Of a DNA stretch of 64,000 nt, positions 1-10,493 are shown piece by piece (the stretch's first letter is position 1; every line of letters starts with the position of its first letter). The notes beneath the pieces are model-generated. The model made no database searches. It was not told the DNA's origin and saw only the letters and a program-made list of their open reading frames with translations. The DNA is taken from contig JBHGNT010000010.1 of the NCBI GenBank assembly GCA_043228905.1, positions 16,678,001 to 16,742,000 of the forward strand, in the 5' to 3' direction. This DNA comes from Azolla caroliniana. Its lineage: Eukaryota > Plantae > Polypodiophyta. The translations under genes and the position numbers were made by a program.

Positions 1-156
1 CCCTCGTAAGGCTTGTGTAATGGGGGGGCTCAATATGTGATATCATTATCATCACCATCAATATAATCTTCTTCTTAATATTCTTCTTGAAATCTATCTT
101 CTTCTTCAGTCTAAAAATCTTTGTTTTTTTTATATGTGACATTGGTTTCCTCGACT

Positions 157-264
157 GTAACATCCACATCGACGTCTTTTCGACAAATTCGTGAACGTCC
201 TCCCTGGTCCGTGGCCCCGGTGATCCCGCTCAAGTAGCACACGCACGCGAGCATCTTCACGACA
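157..264 (+). mobile_element. 3' end of an LTR of the TGTCG...CGACA family, inserted in the protease region of the host copia
   Basis: Ends in ...ccctggtcc...ccccggtgatcccgc...acacgcacgcg...tcttcacgaca, resembling the LTR ends at 7876, 8154 and 11124. Host copia coding sequence (WFVDSGAS) starts immediately after it. The left boundary is uncertain. Confidence 0.6.
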
Positions 265-1143
265 ACATGTGGTTTGTCGATTCTGGCGCCTCACATCATA
301 TGACATCCCACAAAGAGTGGTTCAATGACTTGCGTACACCGGATCGACCCGGCTTCATAAAGACGGGAGACGACACCACACATCCCATTCGGCACATCGG
401 CACATTGGCAATGTCCCATTCAGGAAAGAAGGTGAGCAAACTTGCGTAAAGAATGTCTTGCATGTGCCCACAATAACGAAGAATTTGGTCTCCGTCGGCC
501 AAATCGTGGAGCATGGCATGCAAGTCCGCTTCAACAACGAAGGTCGTTTCATCAAGAAAGATGGCCGACTCATAGCCAAGGGACGGAGAGATGGTCGAAT
601 GTTCATCCTCGATTCGAACGAGGTGAAATTGTCCATATATGCCAAAGGTCTCAAAACCGAGACAAGCATCGAGTTGTGGCACAAAAGAATCGGCCACATA
701 AACCTCCAACAGCTTCGTTGCATTGGGAGTCGTCATCGGACTTCCACCATTCGAGTCAACCGAGTATATGAAGCATGCCAACTCGACAACCAACATTGAC
801 TCCCATTCCCGAAGGAGAGCTACACGAGCAAAGGCCTCCTCGACGTCATACATTTGGATGTATGGGGACCAGCTCAAACGCCGATGATTGGCGGATGCCG
901 ATTCTACGTCACCTTCATTGACGAGTACTCGCGCTACACGTGGATCTTCCCAATGAAGAAGAAGAGCAAAATGTTCTCCCACTTCCAAAAGCTCAAGGGC
1001 CAAGTCGTAAAAGAACCCGATCGGCACATTCGATGTCTACAATCGGACAGAGGAAAGGAGTACTTCTCCGATGAATTCACCTCCTACCTCCAAAGTGAAG
1101 GCATTTAGAGAGAATTCTCGTGCCGACACACACCCCAACAAAA
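265..1143 (+). mobile_element. Decayed Ty1/copia element A, 5' part of pol (protease, GAG-pre-integrase, integrase N-half)
   Basis: Frameshifted ORFs: WFVDSGASHHMT (PR), LWHKRIGHIN (IN zinc finger), DVWGPAQT...FIDEYSRYTW...LQSDRGKEY (IN core). The sequence breaks at ...HTPQQ(N), where an LTR starting tgttagg begins at 1144. Confidence 0.9.
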
Positions 1144-1178
1144 TGTTAGGATTTTGGTCCCTCCAGATGGGATATGAG

Positions 1179-1474
1179 TGTTGAAGACAAAGGCCGTCAA
1201 TGCGGAAGATCTTATAGCATTCGATTGGGGTTGAGTACCTGCGTATGACAGTTTCTAAGATCGTGCACAGAGAGAGAGAGAGAGAGAGAGACACAAAAGA
1301 CTTTCTATTCAATAGAAACAATAATACAACCAACCTTACAAAAAGGTTACAAGGTCACTATATATAGTGACCGACTTAGGGCAACTACCATTTATGCTAA
1401 TTACACAAATGGCCCAAACTTGATCTATACAAAGGGATAGTGTGAATATGTCCATTATACACTTGTATTCGACA
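1179..1474 (-). repeat. 3' LTR of the intact copia
   Basis: Matches 6397-6692; preceded by the PPT on the element strand. Confidence 0.97.
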
Positions 1475-1667
1475 CTCCCCCGTAATGGGCGTATACATGG
1501 GTTATCTAAGATTACAGGTATAAACCTAGGTTCTCGGACATATCAGTTTTGTTCGAGTCGGCAGGGTCCGAAGGCAGAAGACCGAACTGGTCGGGTCGGA
1601 AGAGTTGAAGCTGATCATTAAGGAACTGATGTCGGTTGTCTGAAACCATCCTGCGCTGTGTCCGGCT

Positions 1668-4600
1668 CTAACCGGACTGGTTTGTCGTTACGCCCATCTG
1701 ATGCCGAAGGGACCGAAAGCGGTCTGCCGAAAGACACTTGGTCATTCCATCTGCGACATTGTCGGTTGTGGATATTTTCTCCAGACCGATTTTCCCTGAA
1801 ATGACGCAGTCCCGAACGAAGTGATATCGAACGTCGATATGTTTGGAGGCGTTGTGGTGAACCGGATTTCTCGACAAGGCAACAGCACCTTGACTGTCGC
1901 TATAGACAACTGGAGCCGAGTCATGGTCGACTTGTCGAAACGTGTGCGCCAGCCGGCCGAGCCACAAAGCTTCTTTTGCAGCGTCGGACGCAGCTACATA
2001 TTCTGCTTCGGTCGTTGAGGTCGTTGTGCACTCCTGAAGTTTCGACTTCCACGAAATTGCTCCATTGCCGAATTTGAAGCAGTATCCGGTTGTTGATTTC
2101 CGACTGTCTATACAGCCGGCGAAGTCCGAGTCGGTGTAACCGACTACGCCTGAGGTTGAGTTCGGACCGAAAAGAATGCCGTGGTCTTTTGTGCCAGCCA
2201 GATATTTGAACACATGCTTGACTGCGTTCCAATGCGATCGGCCAGGATTGTGCATAAATCTGCTAACGACTCCTACGGCATGAGAAATATCAGGCCGTGT
2301 CGCGACCATCAGGTACATAAGGGAGCCGACTGCCGGTGCATACGGTACCGACTTCATATCTTCCCCCTCCGGACCGGATGTCGGGCAGTCTCGCTGAGAG
2401 AGCCGAAGATTCATGGGGAGCGGGGTTGAAGCAGATTTGGCTGATTTCATGTTGAAGCGTTCCAAGACACGTCCGATATAGTCGGTCTGAGACAAAAAAA
2501 GATGTCGTTTATCGCGATGCCAACTAATCTTCATGCCAAGGATGTGTCGTGCCGGACCGAGGTCCTTCATGGCAAACTTCAACCGCAGTTGCCGAATGAG
2601 ATCGGCAAGTTCGCCCGCGTGGCGTCCAGAAATTAGCATGTCGTCCACGTAAATGATGAGGAAGATGGGTGATCCATCTTGAGTTGTGTTGGTGAAAAGA
2701 CAATGGTCCTCATCGCTTTTGGAGAAGCCGATCGATTGGATGAAGTCGTCGAACTTCTTGTACCATTGTCGCGGTGCCTGTTTGAGGCCGTATAGACTCT
2801 TCCTGAGTCGGCAGACTAGATGTTCTTGGCCAGTTGCCACGAAGCCTTTTGGCTGCTCCATATAAATTTCCTCTTCAAGATCACCATGGAGGAAGGCTGT
2901 TTTGACATCTAGCTGAATCAGCTCCAAGTTGTCGGCTGCCACTACGCCGAGTAGAAAACGAAGGGTTGTCATTTTCACCACTGGTGAAAAAATCTCGTCG
3001 AAGTCGACGCCATATTCTTGTCGGAAGCCCTTCGCAACTAATCTGGCCTTGTACTTTGGGGTGGTCGAATCAGACGTCTCTTTTAGTCGATAAACCCACT
3101 TGCAAGGAAGAGCACGTCGATTCTTAGGTAGTTCGACCAGATCCCAAGTGTTGTTTGCCCGAATGGAGTGCATTTCCGACTCCATCGCCAGATGCCAGGT
3201 GGCTGAATCGACAGATGTCGATGCTTCTTCGTAAGACGTCGGTTCGCCGGCGTCGGTGAAGAAAATTCCAAGAGAATACCTCTCCGGAGGTTGCGACAGT
3301 CTCTCGGATCGTCGAGGTATGATTGGACTGGTCGCATCGGGTATCGAGGTCGGATGGTCCGAAAGCGAATTATTCTGCTGTGCCGAGTCAGAGTTGTCCG
3401 AGTCGGTGGTGTAAGGTTCAGCTACCCGTGAAGCTGACCGTGTGTTAAGAGCGGGGCCTTCTTGAAGGGTCGGCACATCGGAAAATGTTACCCTTCGGAC
3501 TTCGATCGGTTTTTCGACTGATGGATTCATAGCCGACTCGTTGAACACAACGTCCGAACTTCGAACGATTTGTCTGCGTTCGGGGTCCCAGAGTCGGTAT
3601 CCCATTTCGCCGTCTGATCCATATCCAAGGAAAATGCATTTCCTGGACCGAGGTGCAAGTTTTCGGCGATCATCTTTCGGAATAAGGGCGTACGCCTCGC
3701 ATCCGAAGATCCTCAGCTTGTCGTAATTCGGCTTACTGCCGATCCATAGTTCCTGAGGAATTTGAAGTCCTAGAGGTCTGCTTGGCGACATATTGATTAT
3801 GTGTACTGCCGTGAGTAGAGCCTCTGCCCAGAAGCCATCCGACAGTCCGGAGTGTTGGAGCATGGAAACTATCCGTTCTTGGATTGTCCGATTCATGCGT
3901 TCTGCAATCCCATTTTGCTCCGGACTGTGTGGTGCCGTAAATTCACGTCGGATGCCGCGTTGTCGGCAGAATTTGACGAATTCTTCTGATTTGAACTCTC
4001 CCCCATTGTCGGTCCGAAAGCATTTCAGTTTTCGGTCAGTTTGATTTTCTACCATCGCGAGCCAATCGGAGAAGATCGAGAAGACACGATCTTTGGTGCG
4101 AATTGGATAAGCCCACACCTTTCGAGTCGAATCGTCAATAAAACTGACGAAGTAAGAGGCACCGCCGAGAGACTGATGCGGCATTGGGCCACAGACGTCC
4201 GAGTGGACTAAATCGAGAGGTCTCATTTCTCTTGGTGCTGATGTCGGGTGTGATGCGGCTGCTTGTTTGCCATACTGGCAATGTTCGCAGAATTGATGGT
4301 CCGAGAAGGAGAGTTTAGGGATGTATCCGGCTCTAGATAGGTGCGTAATGCCGGCCTTGCTGAGGTGTCCTAATCTTCTGTGCCATAGTGATGACACAGG
4401 AATATCCACCAAAAACAGGTTACCCTCTCTGAGCGTAACATGTAACGGATACAGTGAGTGTATCTTGGGTCCTCTAGCAAGCAGGAGGTTCCCCCTGTGG
4501 AGTGTCCACCCTCCCGAAGAAAAACCGGCACGAATGCCGTCTTCATCTAGTTGTCCGACTGAGATCAATGGCCTTGAGAGCTCGGGTACATGTCGGACAT

Positions 4601-5702
4601 TGTGAAGTACAAGTGTAGAGCCACCTGCAAGGTTGAGCTCTACTGTGCCGATTCCAATGATGTCACAGTGTTGCGAGTTGCCGACTCGAACTGAGTCGGA
4701 GTGACGGATCGTATATTGCCGAAATTGGGATCGATGAGGAGTCACGTGAAATGACGCGCCCGAATCTAAGAGCCATGTGCTCGATTCTTCAGTCGTGAGC
4801 AGAACTTCTGATCCGACTGGATTTTCGATTGATAGTATATTCGGGTCGTTTGGTAGCACATCAGCTGAGAAGCTGACGTAATTGATCTCCTCATGCCGAC
4901 CACTCTTCTTGTCTGATTTCTGAGACTTGTCGTTCTTGTTCTTGAGTGCGCGGCAGTCGGCTTTGATGTGTCCGGGTTTCTTGCAATAGTTGCAGATTCG
5001 ATTGTCCCGTGACTGGCTCCGTCTTCGCTGATTGTTCGGCTGCCGTGAGGAATCTCTTCCTCGTATGTTCGATCGGTCTGTCGAACCTTGTACTACATAA
5101 GCGTCGTCTGTTGAGTCTTTGGCGAAAGACTTTCTCCGAGCTGCTTCGGTCAGGATTGCGCTCGTGACTTCGGAGTATTTAACAGCTGTGGTTGACGCGT
5201 TGCACACGGTTGTGACGAAAGTTTCCCATGATGAGGGAAGGCTACTCATGAGTATCATTGCTCTGAGTTCATCCTCGATTGCCGTCCCCTGAGATGAGAT
5301 TTGGGAGCTTATGCTTTCGTACTCATTGAGATGTGCTTGAACCGAATCTGATTCTTTCATCCGCAAGTTGTAGAGGCGCCGGATCAGAAACATCTTCGTT
5401 GCGGCGACCTTCTTTTCGTAGGTGTCCGACAGTGTTTTCCACAGTTCGAATGCTGTCGTACACGATTGCACCGTAAAGTATACCGATTCCGATAGGTGCA
5501 TCCGAATCGTGGCGCGGACGATTCTGTCCAGCTTCTGCCACTCAATTGGTTTGTATCCTTCTGGAGGTTCTTCATTTTCGATGGGATCGATTTGCCCCTT
5601 GACTATGAGATAGTCCTGCATTTGCTCCTTCCAGAAGTTGAAGTTCGATCCGTCGAACTTTCGTAGACTCATTTCTGACGAGCCGGATGTTGATGCCATC
5701 AA
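1668..5702 (-). CDS. Copia Gag-Pol polyprotein, 1344 aa
   Basis: CCHC knuckle CNYCKKPGHIKADC; protease LDSGAS; IN HHCC (WHRRLGH...CEHC) and DDE (HSDVCGP, TDNGGEF, IAERMN); RT YVDD; RNase H (YTDSD, TEAEY, SDSQ, ADGMTK). No stops. Confidence 0.97.
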   Translation of the reverse strand: MMASTSGSSEMSLRKFDGSNFNFWKEQMQDYLIVKGQIDPIENEEPPEGYKPIEWQKLDRIVRATIRMHLSESVYFTVQSCTTAFELWKTLSDTYEKKVAATKMFLIRRLYNLRMKESDSVQAHLNEYESISSQISSQGTAIEDELRAMILMSSLPSSWETFVTTVCNASTTAVKYSEVTSAILTEAARRKSFAKDSTDDAYVVQGSTDRSNIRGRDSSRQPNNQRRRSQSRDNRICNYCKKPGHIKADCRALKNKNDKSQKSDKKSGRHEEINYVSFSADVLPNDPNILSIENPVGSEVLLTTEESSTWLLDSGASFHVTPHRSQFRQYTIRHSDSVRVGNSQHCDIIGIGTVELNLAGGSTLVLHNVRHVPELSRPLISVGQLDEDGIRAGFSSGGWTLHRGNLLLARGPKIHSLYPLHVTLREGNLFLVDIPVSSLWHRRLGHLSKAGITHLSRAGYIPKLSFSDHQFCEHCQYGKQAAASHPTSAPREMRPLDLVHSDVCGPMPHQSLGGASYFVSFIDDSTRKVWAYPIRTKDRVFSIFSDWLAMVENQTDRKLKCFRTDNGGEFKSEEFVKFCRQRGIRREFTAPHSPEQNGIAERMNRTIQERIVSMLQHSGLSDGFWAEALLTAVHIINMSPSRPLGLQIPQELWIGSKPNYDKLRIFGCEAYALIPKDDRRKLAPRSRKCIFLGYGSDGEMGYRLWDPERRQIVRSSDVVFNESAMNPSVEKPIEVRRVTFSDVPTLQEGPALNTRSASRVAEPYTTDSDNSDSAQQNNSLSDHPTSIPDATSPIIPRRSERLSQPPERYSLGIFFTDAGEPTSYEEASTSVDSATWHLAMESEMHSIRANNTWDLVELPKNRRALPCKWVYRLKETSDSTTPKYKARLVAKGFRQEYGVDFDEIFSPVVKMTTLRFLLGVVAADNLELIQLDVKTAFLHGDLEEEIYMEQPKGFVATGQEHLVCRLRKSLYGLKQAPRQWYKKFDDFIQSIGFSKSDEDHCLFTNTTQDGSPIFLIIYVDDMLISGRHAGELADLIRQLRLKFAMKDLGPARHILGMKISWHRDKRHLFLSQTDYIGRVLERFNMKSAKSASTPLPMNLRLSQRDCPTSGPEGEDMKSVPYAPAVGSLMYLMVATRPDISHAVGVVSRFMHNPGRSHWNAVKHVFKYLAGTKDHGILFGPNSTSGVVGYTDSDFAGCIDSRKSTTGYCFKFGNGAISWKSKLQECTTTSTTEAEYVAASDAAKEALWLGRLAHTFRQVDHDSAPVVYSDSQGAVALSRNPVHHNASKHIDVRYHFVRDCVISGKIGLEKISTTDNVADGMTKCLSADRFRSLRHQMGVTTNQSG

Positions 5703-6396
5703 ATTTGGTTTCGGTTGACGAAGCTCGGTTCGGAGTTGACTACGAACCTTGTTGGAGTGCAGCCGGTTGGCTCACCCGATATCGTTCTAGTCGGATTTGA
5801 ACCCGAGTCGGTTCGGCTTCGGATATATGTATTGTTGAACTTGCTCGAATTGACTCCGGTAACTTGAGGGACAAAACCGACTGGTCTTCCCGAATGTTGC
5901 CGAGTCGGAGTGAGCCCGGTTCGCTTCCGAATATATATGCCAAATACCGATTATTGAAACCGATTGTCTGGACCGATTCTGCTTCGGGTGACTGCAGCGA
6001 CGAGAGAGACGGATCCAACTGATCCTCCCGAATGTCGATCAGCCGGATGAAGCACGAATTTGGGTTGTTGTCTTGAGACCGATCTGCACCGAGTGGTTAC
6101 AATGAGCGGCGAGCAGCGTTTGATGACCTCTTTGGATGCCGTTTAACCGAGTGGAGCACGATCGTGTCAATGTTGCATAAGGGGATTTCACCTCGAGCGG
6201 TTACGATCACAAGGAACAGAGTACAACCTGCTGGCTTACTCCAAGCGAAGATGATCTAACGCGATGAGATGCAAGCCTCGTTTTTCTTCTTCTTCTCTCT
6301 TCTTCGAATGACGCAAGAAACCGAATGTTGTGCAGGCTGAGACGACGGCCGACAGCGGGATGAAGGACCGAATACTGTGCAGGCTCTGATACCAGA

Positions 6397-6692
6397 TGTT
6401 GAAGACAAAGGCCGTCAATGCGGAAGATCTTATAGCATTCGATTGGGGTTGAGTACCTGCGTATGACAGTTTCTAAGATCGTGCACACAGAGAGAGAGAG
6501 AGAGACACACACAAAAGACTTTCTATTCAATAGAAACAATAATACAACCAACCTTACAAAAAGGTTACAAGGTCACTATATATAGTGACCGACTTAGGGC
6601 AACTACCATTTATGCTAATTACACAAATGGCCCAAACTTGATCTATACAAAGGGATAGTGTGAATATGTCCATTATACACTTGTATTCGACA
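6397..6692 (-). repeat. 5' LTR of the intact copia
   Basis: Matches 1179-1474; followed by the Met PBS on the element strand. Confidence 0.97.
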
Positions 6693-7087
6693 ATGAGTAC
6701 CCGGCAACAGAAGACCCAATGAGAACCGAATGACGCGGGCCCGGTGAGAACCTCTCATCGGATGAAGGGACATATATGTAAATATGTTTCTGTTAGCCCA
6801 TTGTGGTTATATTTGTAAATAGCCCAAAAGTCATATTAGTATAAATATGACCTAGGGCAAACAAAGTAGATGATGATTATGTTGTTGTCATATTGTTGCA
6901 ACTGTTGTACAGAGTGAGAGGGAGAGAGAGAGAGATACAGAGTGATACTCTGTTGTAACCGCCACTATGCGAAGAAACAGAGCTCGAGGTCGTTGCCTCC
7001 GAGTCTCTGATTGTACCCCTTCTCTTCATAGTGATAGTTCAGAGTCTGTGGGCTCCTGTGGTTTTTCCCTATTAGGGTTTTCCACGT

Positions 7088-7340
7088 TGTCGTGAAGAAT
7101 TTCGTCCAGAGGCGGAAACCGGGAAATATTGGCTACATCGGCGGGGTGCACCATGTGCACTCACACTCGTGTAATTGTGTGAATAATAGGAGTTAAGTTG
7201 GGACGAAGAATCCCATGTGAATCGGGATTTATCCCACATTGTAACGCATCCCTCTCCTTGTTCTATAAATTGAAGGGATGGTCCCTTGTAGAAGGGTTGC
7301 CCATTTTTGTATTAGTAGGGTATATCGTTAGACGGAGAGA

Positions 7341-7384
<44 letters not shown>

Positions 7385-8154
7385 TTAGGGTTTCTTCTTC
7401 TTGCTCCCCTCTACTTCTTCTTCTTGGTCCTTCTGTGTGTCGGGCCTTAGCATCTAGCGTTCCAGTTTTCTGCCCTGTACTTTGTGCAAGACCCCGCTCG
7501 GCGCGACAAGCCCGAGAGCTCCCCGACCGGCGACTTGGCAGTAGACAACGGTTGTATCTCATGCGGCCTAGATCCGGCTTGAAGTCGGTGTTGAATCTCG
7601 TTGTCTTGTAAATACATATACATGTGGTTGTGCATATTCGGGTCTCTATTGGTGTGCGTGTGTGTGTCTTAGCGTTTCCTTCTTGCTTATGTACATGTTC
7701 GTGCGAGAGTCAATGTTGCATGCCTGCTCACTCTCTCTCTCTCCCTTCGGTTGCTTCCGGTGTGCTCCTGGGGTGCCCCGAAAAGGGTGAAGCGCGGCTT
7801 CCTATCCTCCGTCACTCCCTAGTCCAAGACCCCCGTGGTCCCGCCTTTCTACACGCACGCGCGTAACAACGCGACATATTTGGTGAACCCGACGTGAAAG
7901 GCGGCAAGGGAGGATGGAGCCGGAAGATGATGACCTCGCGGAGATGGTGGCCGAAGTGGTGTTGGAGTCGGCACGAGTGGTGATGAGGCGAGAAGCAGCG
8001 CAACAAGCGGTTGAGCAAGTGATCGAAAGAGTCGGCCGTTTCAACGGGGACGAAGTCCCATCTTACTTGGAAGCCTACAATGCAAAAATGGAGGAGCGAG
8101 ACGTGGACCCCCGTGGTCCCGCCTTTCAACAGGCACGCGCGTAACAATGCGACA
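7088..8154 (+). mobile_element. Internally deleted gypsy-like element C: LTR 7088-7876, tRNA-Trp PBS, gag N-terminus, last ~50 bp of a second LTR
   Basis: LTR TGTCGTG...GCGACA with TATA (ctataaat, ~7263) and (CT)n. PBS TGGTGAACCCGACGTGAA (7881-7898). ORF 7914-8144 (MEPEDD...VGRFNGDEVPSYLEAYN) is gag-like and is fused at ~8106 to a repeat of the LTR terminus (compare 7828-7876). Confidence 0.8.
7881..7898 (+). other. Primer binding site complementary to the 3' end of plant tRNA-Trp
   Basis: TGGTGAACCCGACGTGAA is the reverse complement of ...TTCACGTCGGGTTCA-CCA, the plant cytosolic tRNA-Trp 3' end as I recall it. It lies 4 nt after the LTR end. Confidence 0.8.
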
Positions 8155-10255
8155 ACGCGCCATGATGCATGAGAAACACATGCCGAACTTCTATTAAGCC
8201 GAAGTGGCATCCACGGCCGTTTATCTCATGAACCGGTGCACCACTAATGGAGTGCATGAGCTAACTCCATACGAGCCCCTCGTCGAAAGGAAGTCGATCC
8301 TGTCGCACCTCAAGGTGTTCGGAAGCATTGCAAATGTACGCATCCCGAACAAACAATGACAGAAGCCCGACGCGAAGTCAGAGGAATGTATCCTCATAGG
8401 ATACTCGTCCGAGAAGAAGGCATACAAGTGCTACAACCCTTCTACCCGAGCGGTTCGGATAAGTCGAGACGTAGTCTTCGACAAGTCCGCATCCTAGTAT
8501 GCACCAGAGACAACTTCGACTCCAACTCCGCTCGACCCGGAATCTGCCGAACAAGAGGTAGAAGATGGAGATCGCTTTGAACACATGTTCGAAGAAAGTC
8601 TGATTACGACAAGGCTTAGTGGGCCACAAGAGCCTCGGCGCGACCCAAGCACGTCGCGGCCAAGTACAGCCTTGCACAAGCCAAAGGTAAGATGCCCAAA
8701 TACGAAGTCGACCACCCCGACAACAGTGATTCAGATGTGTCGGCTCCCTCACTAGATAGTGATTTTGGTGTACCCATCATGCGAACACCCGGAGTAAAGA
8801 AGGCGCTCACATCGGCGAGCGAAAAACTTCGACGCCCTTCTAGAGAGAAGAATCCCATCACTCGGCTACGATACAACAAGTACATGGCCTATCACTATGC
8901 CTTCGCGATGAAGATGGCAACCGAACAAGAGCCCAAGAGCTCCACCAAAGCAGCTCGTAACCCACGATGGGTGGAAGTAGTCGACATTCGCCCACACACT
9001 ACAAGCCTTCGTCACCAGCTTTAGGGGGAGGAACCGAAATTGCCATGACGAAGAAAGTTGAAGGCCGAACGGAAGCACACGAAGCCGACAAAAGCCAAAG
9101 CGGATGTCGGACGCCTCACACTTGAGCTTGAGGGGACGTGTTGAGAGATCAAGCTCAACTTAGTTTACTTATTTAGTCAACCATGTAACTTCGTAGTTAC
9201 CTAGATATAATCTAGTTAGGATGTTGACTATAACGCCTTAAATAGGACCTTGTACTTAAGTGGGATATTCTAAATGCTCCACTCCTAAGTACATTTAATA
9301 TAAGACTTACACCTTAATACCTATATTCTACTCACACATGTACACCTTTACACATGAGTTGTATATATACCTCATTGTGGGTATTTTTGTATTTGATGAT
9401 GATAATGCTAATTTAATATAGAGCTACTCATCCCCCATCTTGTGTTGCTCATAAGTGTACTTCTCTCTCTCTTCCTCTCACACGCATATACACCCATATC
9501 ACTTAATCTTCCGCTTAACTTAATCACATAATTAGGTACTAATTAACCCTTGTTTAATTACCTAATTATTAACATGTGTATGCATGTGTGTGTGTGTGTA
9601 TGTGCAGGGACATAAAGAGATGTTGCACAAAAACGAGAGCAACACATATAAAAGGCATGCAAACACATACAGAGAAGAGATTGAGAGATTGAGACACCGA
9701 GAGCAAGAGAAAAAAAGAGAGACAACTGAGAAATAATGGAAAAACAAAGAAGTGAGAGAACAAAGAGAGAAAAACAGCAAACGAAAACAAAAAGTGCCCG
9801 ACACGAGTATGAGAGCCCACGACTATACAACACCTCTCCTGTCCATCTGTATCAGGTTCCTTCGTTCTATGTTTTTCTTCTTTTCTTCTATTTTCTACTT
9901 TCTGTTGTGTTATCCACCCAATCGGGTGAAGATCGTATCCAAGGTTGTTGCCTTGAGGCTAATATATTTCTTCTAGTCCAAACCTAGAGAGGTTGTACTC
10001 AGTTTGTATGGTTGTAACCAAGGTCATTGCCTTGAGGTAGAGACATTCCTCTAGTGAAAATCTACAGAGGTTGTATTCAGTTGTACTCAGATCATAGTAA
10101 AGTTATTTGGAACCTACGGTTCCCATGGTTTTTCCCTATTTTGGGTTTTCCACATTAAAATTTTGGGGTACTCTCATTTTCTGTCTTGTGGTTTCATCTA
10201 TTGTTAATTGTGTTGGAAGTCTAAATCATCCAGATTCAATCCCATATTCCTAACA
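8155..10255 (+). mobile_element. Decayed copia element A, 3' part (integrase C-half, RT/RNase H largely deleted, PPT, 3' LTR 9139-10255)
   Basis: Resumes at (A)RAMMHEKHMPNFY*AEV...YLMNR, then CILIGYSSEKKAYKCYNP and EQEPK...RWVE, which jumps to a C-terminal ...LRHQL. PPT ttgaggggacg precedes TGTTGAG...CTAACA. Confidence 0.8.
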
Positions 10256-10493
10256 CACATCACTCCATCAAGGATGTAATCTGACACGTTTGTTTCCCCA
10301 ACAAATGACAACTCAAGTTGAGAACAGGTGCCAATGAAAATTTGGCTCTCAATTGATCAAACTATTGCTTGAGCATCAATGCTCCACACACAAGGAAAAT
10401 CTTTATGCTTCAAATGGGTCAACAATGCCACAATCATGAAGAAGACTTGGATGAAATTATGTTAGTTCTAAGTTAGCAAATCGTTGGAAACGT

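Larger units (their letters stand above)
1179..6692 (-). mobile_element. Intact, young Ty1/copia LTR retrotransposon (Tnt1/Tork-like)
   Basis: Two 296-bp LTRs (1179-1474, 6397-6692) with TG...CA ends, differing only in a dinucleotide tract. 5-bp TSD ATGAG (1174-1178, 6693-6697). PBS TGGTATCAGAGC (tRNA-iMet, 6394-6383). PPT GGGGGAG next to the 3' LTR (1481-1475). Single intact gag-pol ORF. Confidence 0.98.
1144..7087 (+). mobile_element. Copia-type LTR B (1144-1178 plus 6698-7087), split by the intact copia and truncated on the right
   Basis: Starts TGTTAGG and is contiguous across the ATGAG TSD. Has a TATA box (agtataaata, ~6838), an (AG)n tract and the U5-like motif gtggtttttccctattagggtttttccacgt, also seen in the LTR at 10128-10155. 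Confidence 0.7.

Noticed and set aside
296-1027. 243-aa minus-strand ORF and other short ORFs overlapping copia sequence
   Set aside because: Antisense or alternate-frame shadows of GC-rich copia pol, with no recognisable domain.
254-7098. 11-bp inverted match tcttcacgaca (254-264) / tgtcgtgaaga (7088-7098) as TIRs of one DNA transposon
   Set aside because: They point outward and are better explained as the inverted termini of separate LTRs of one family.
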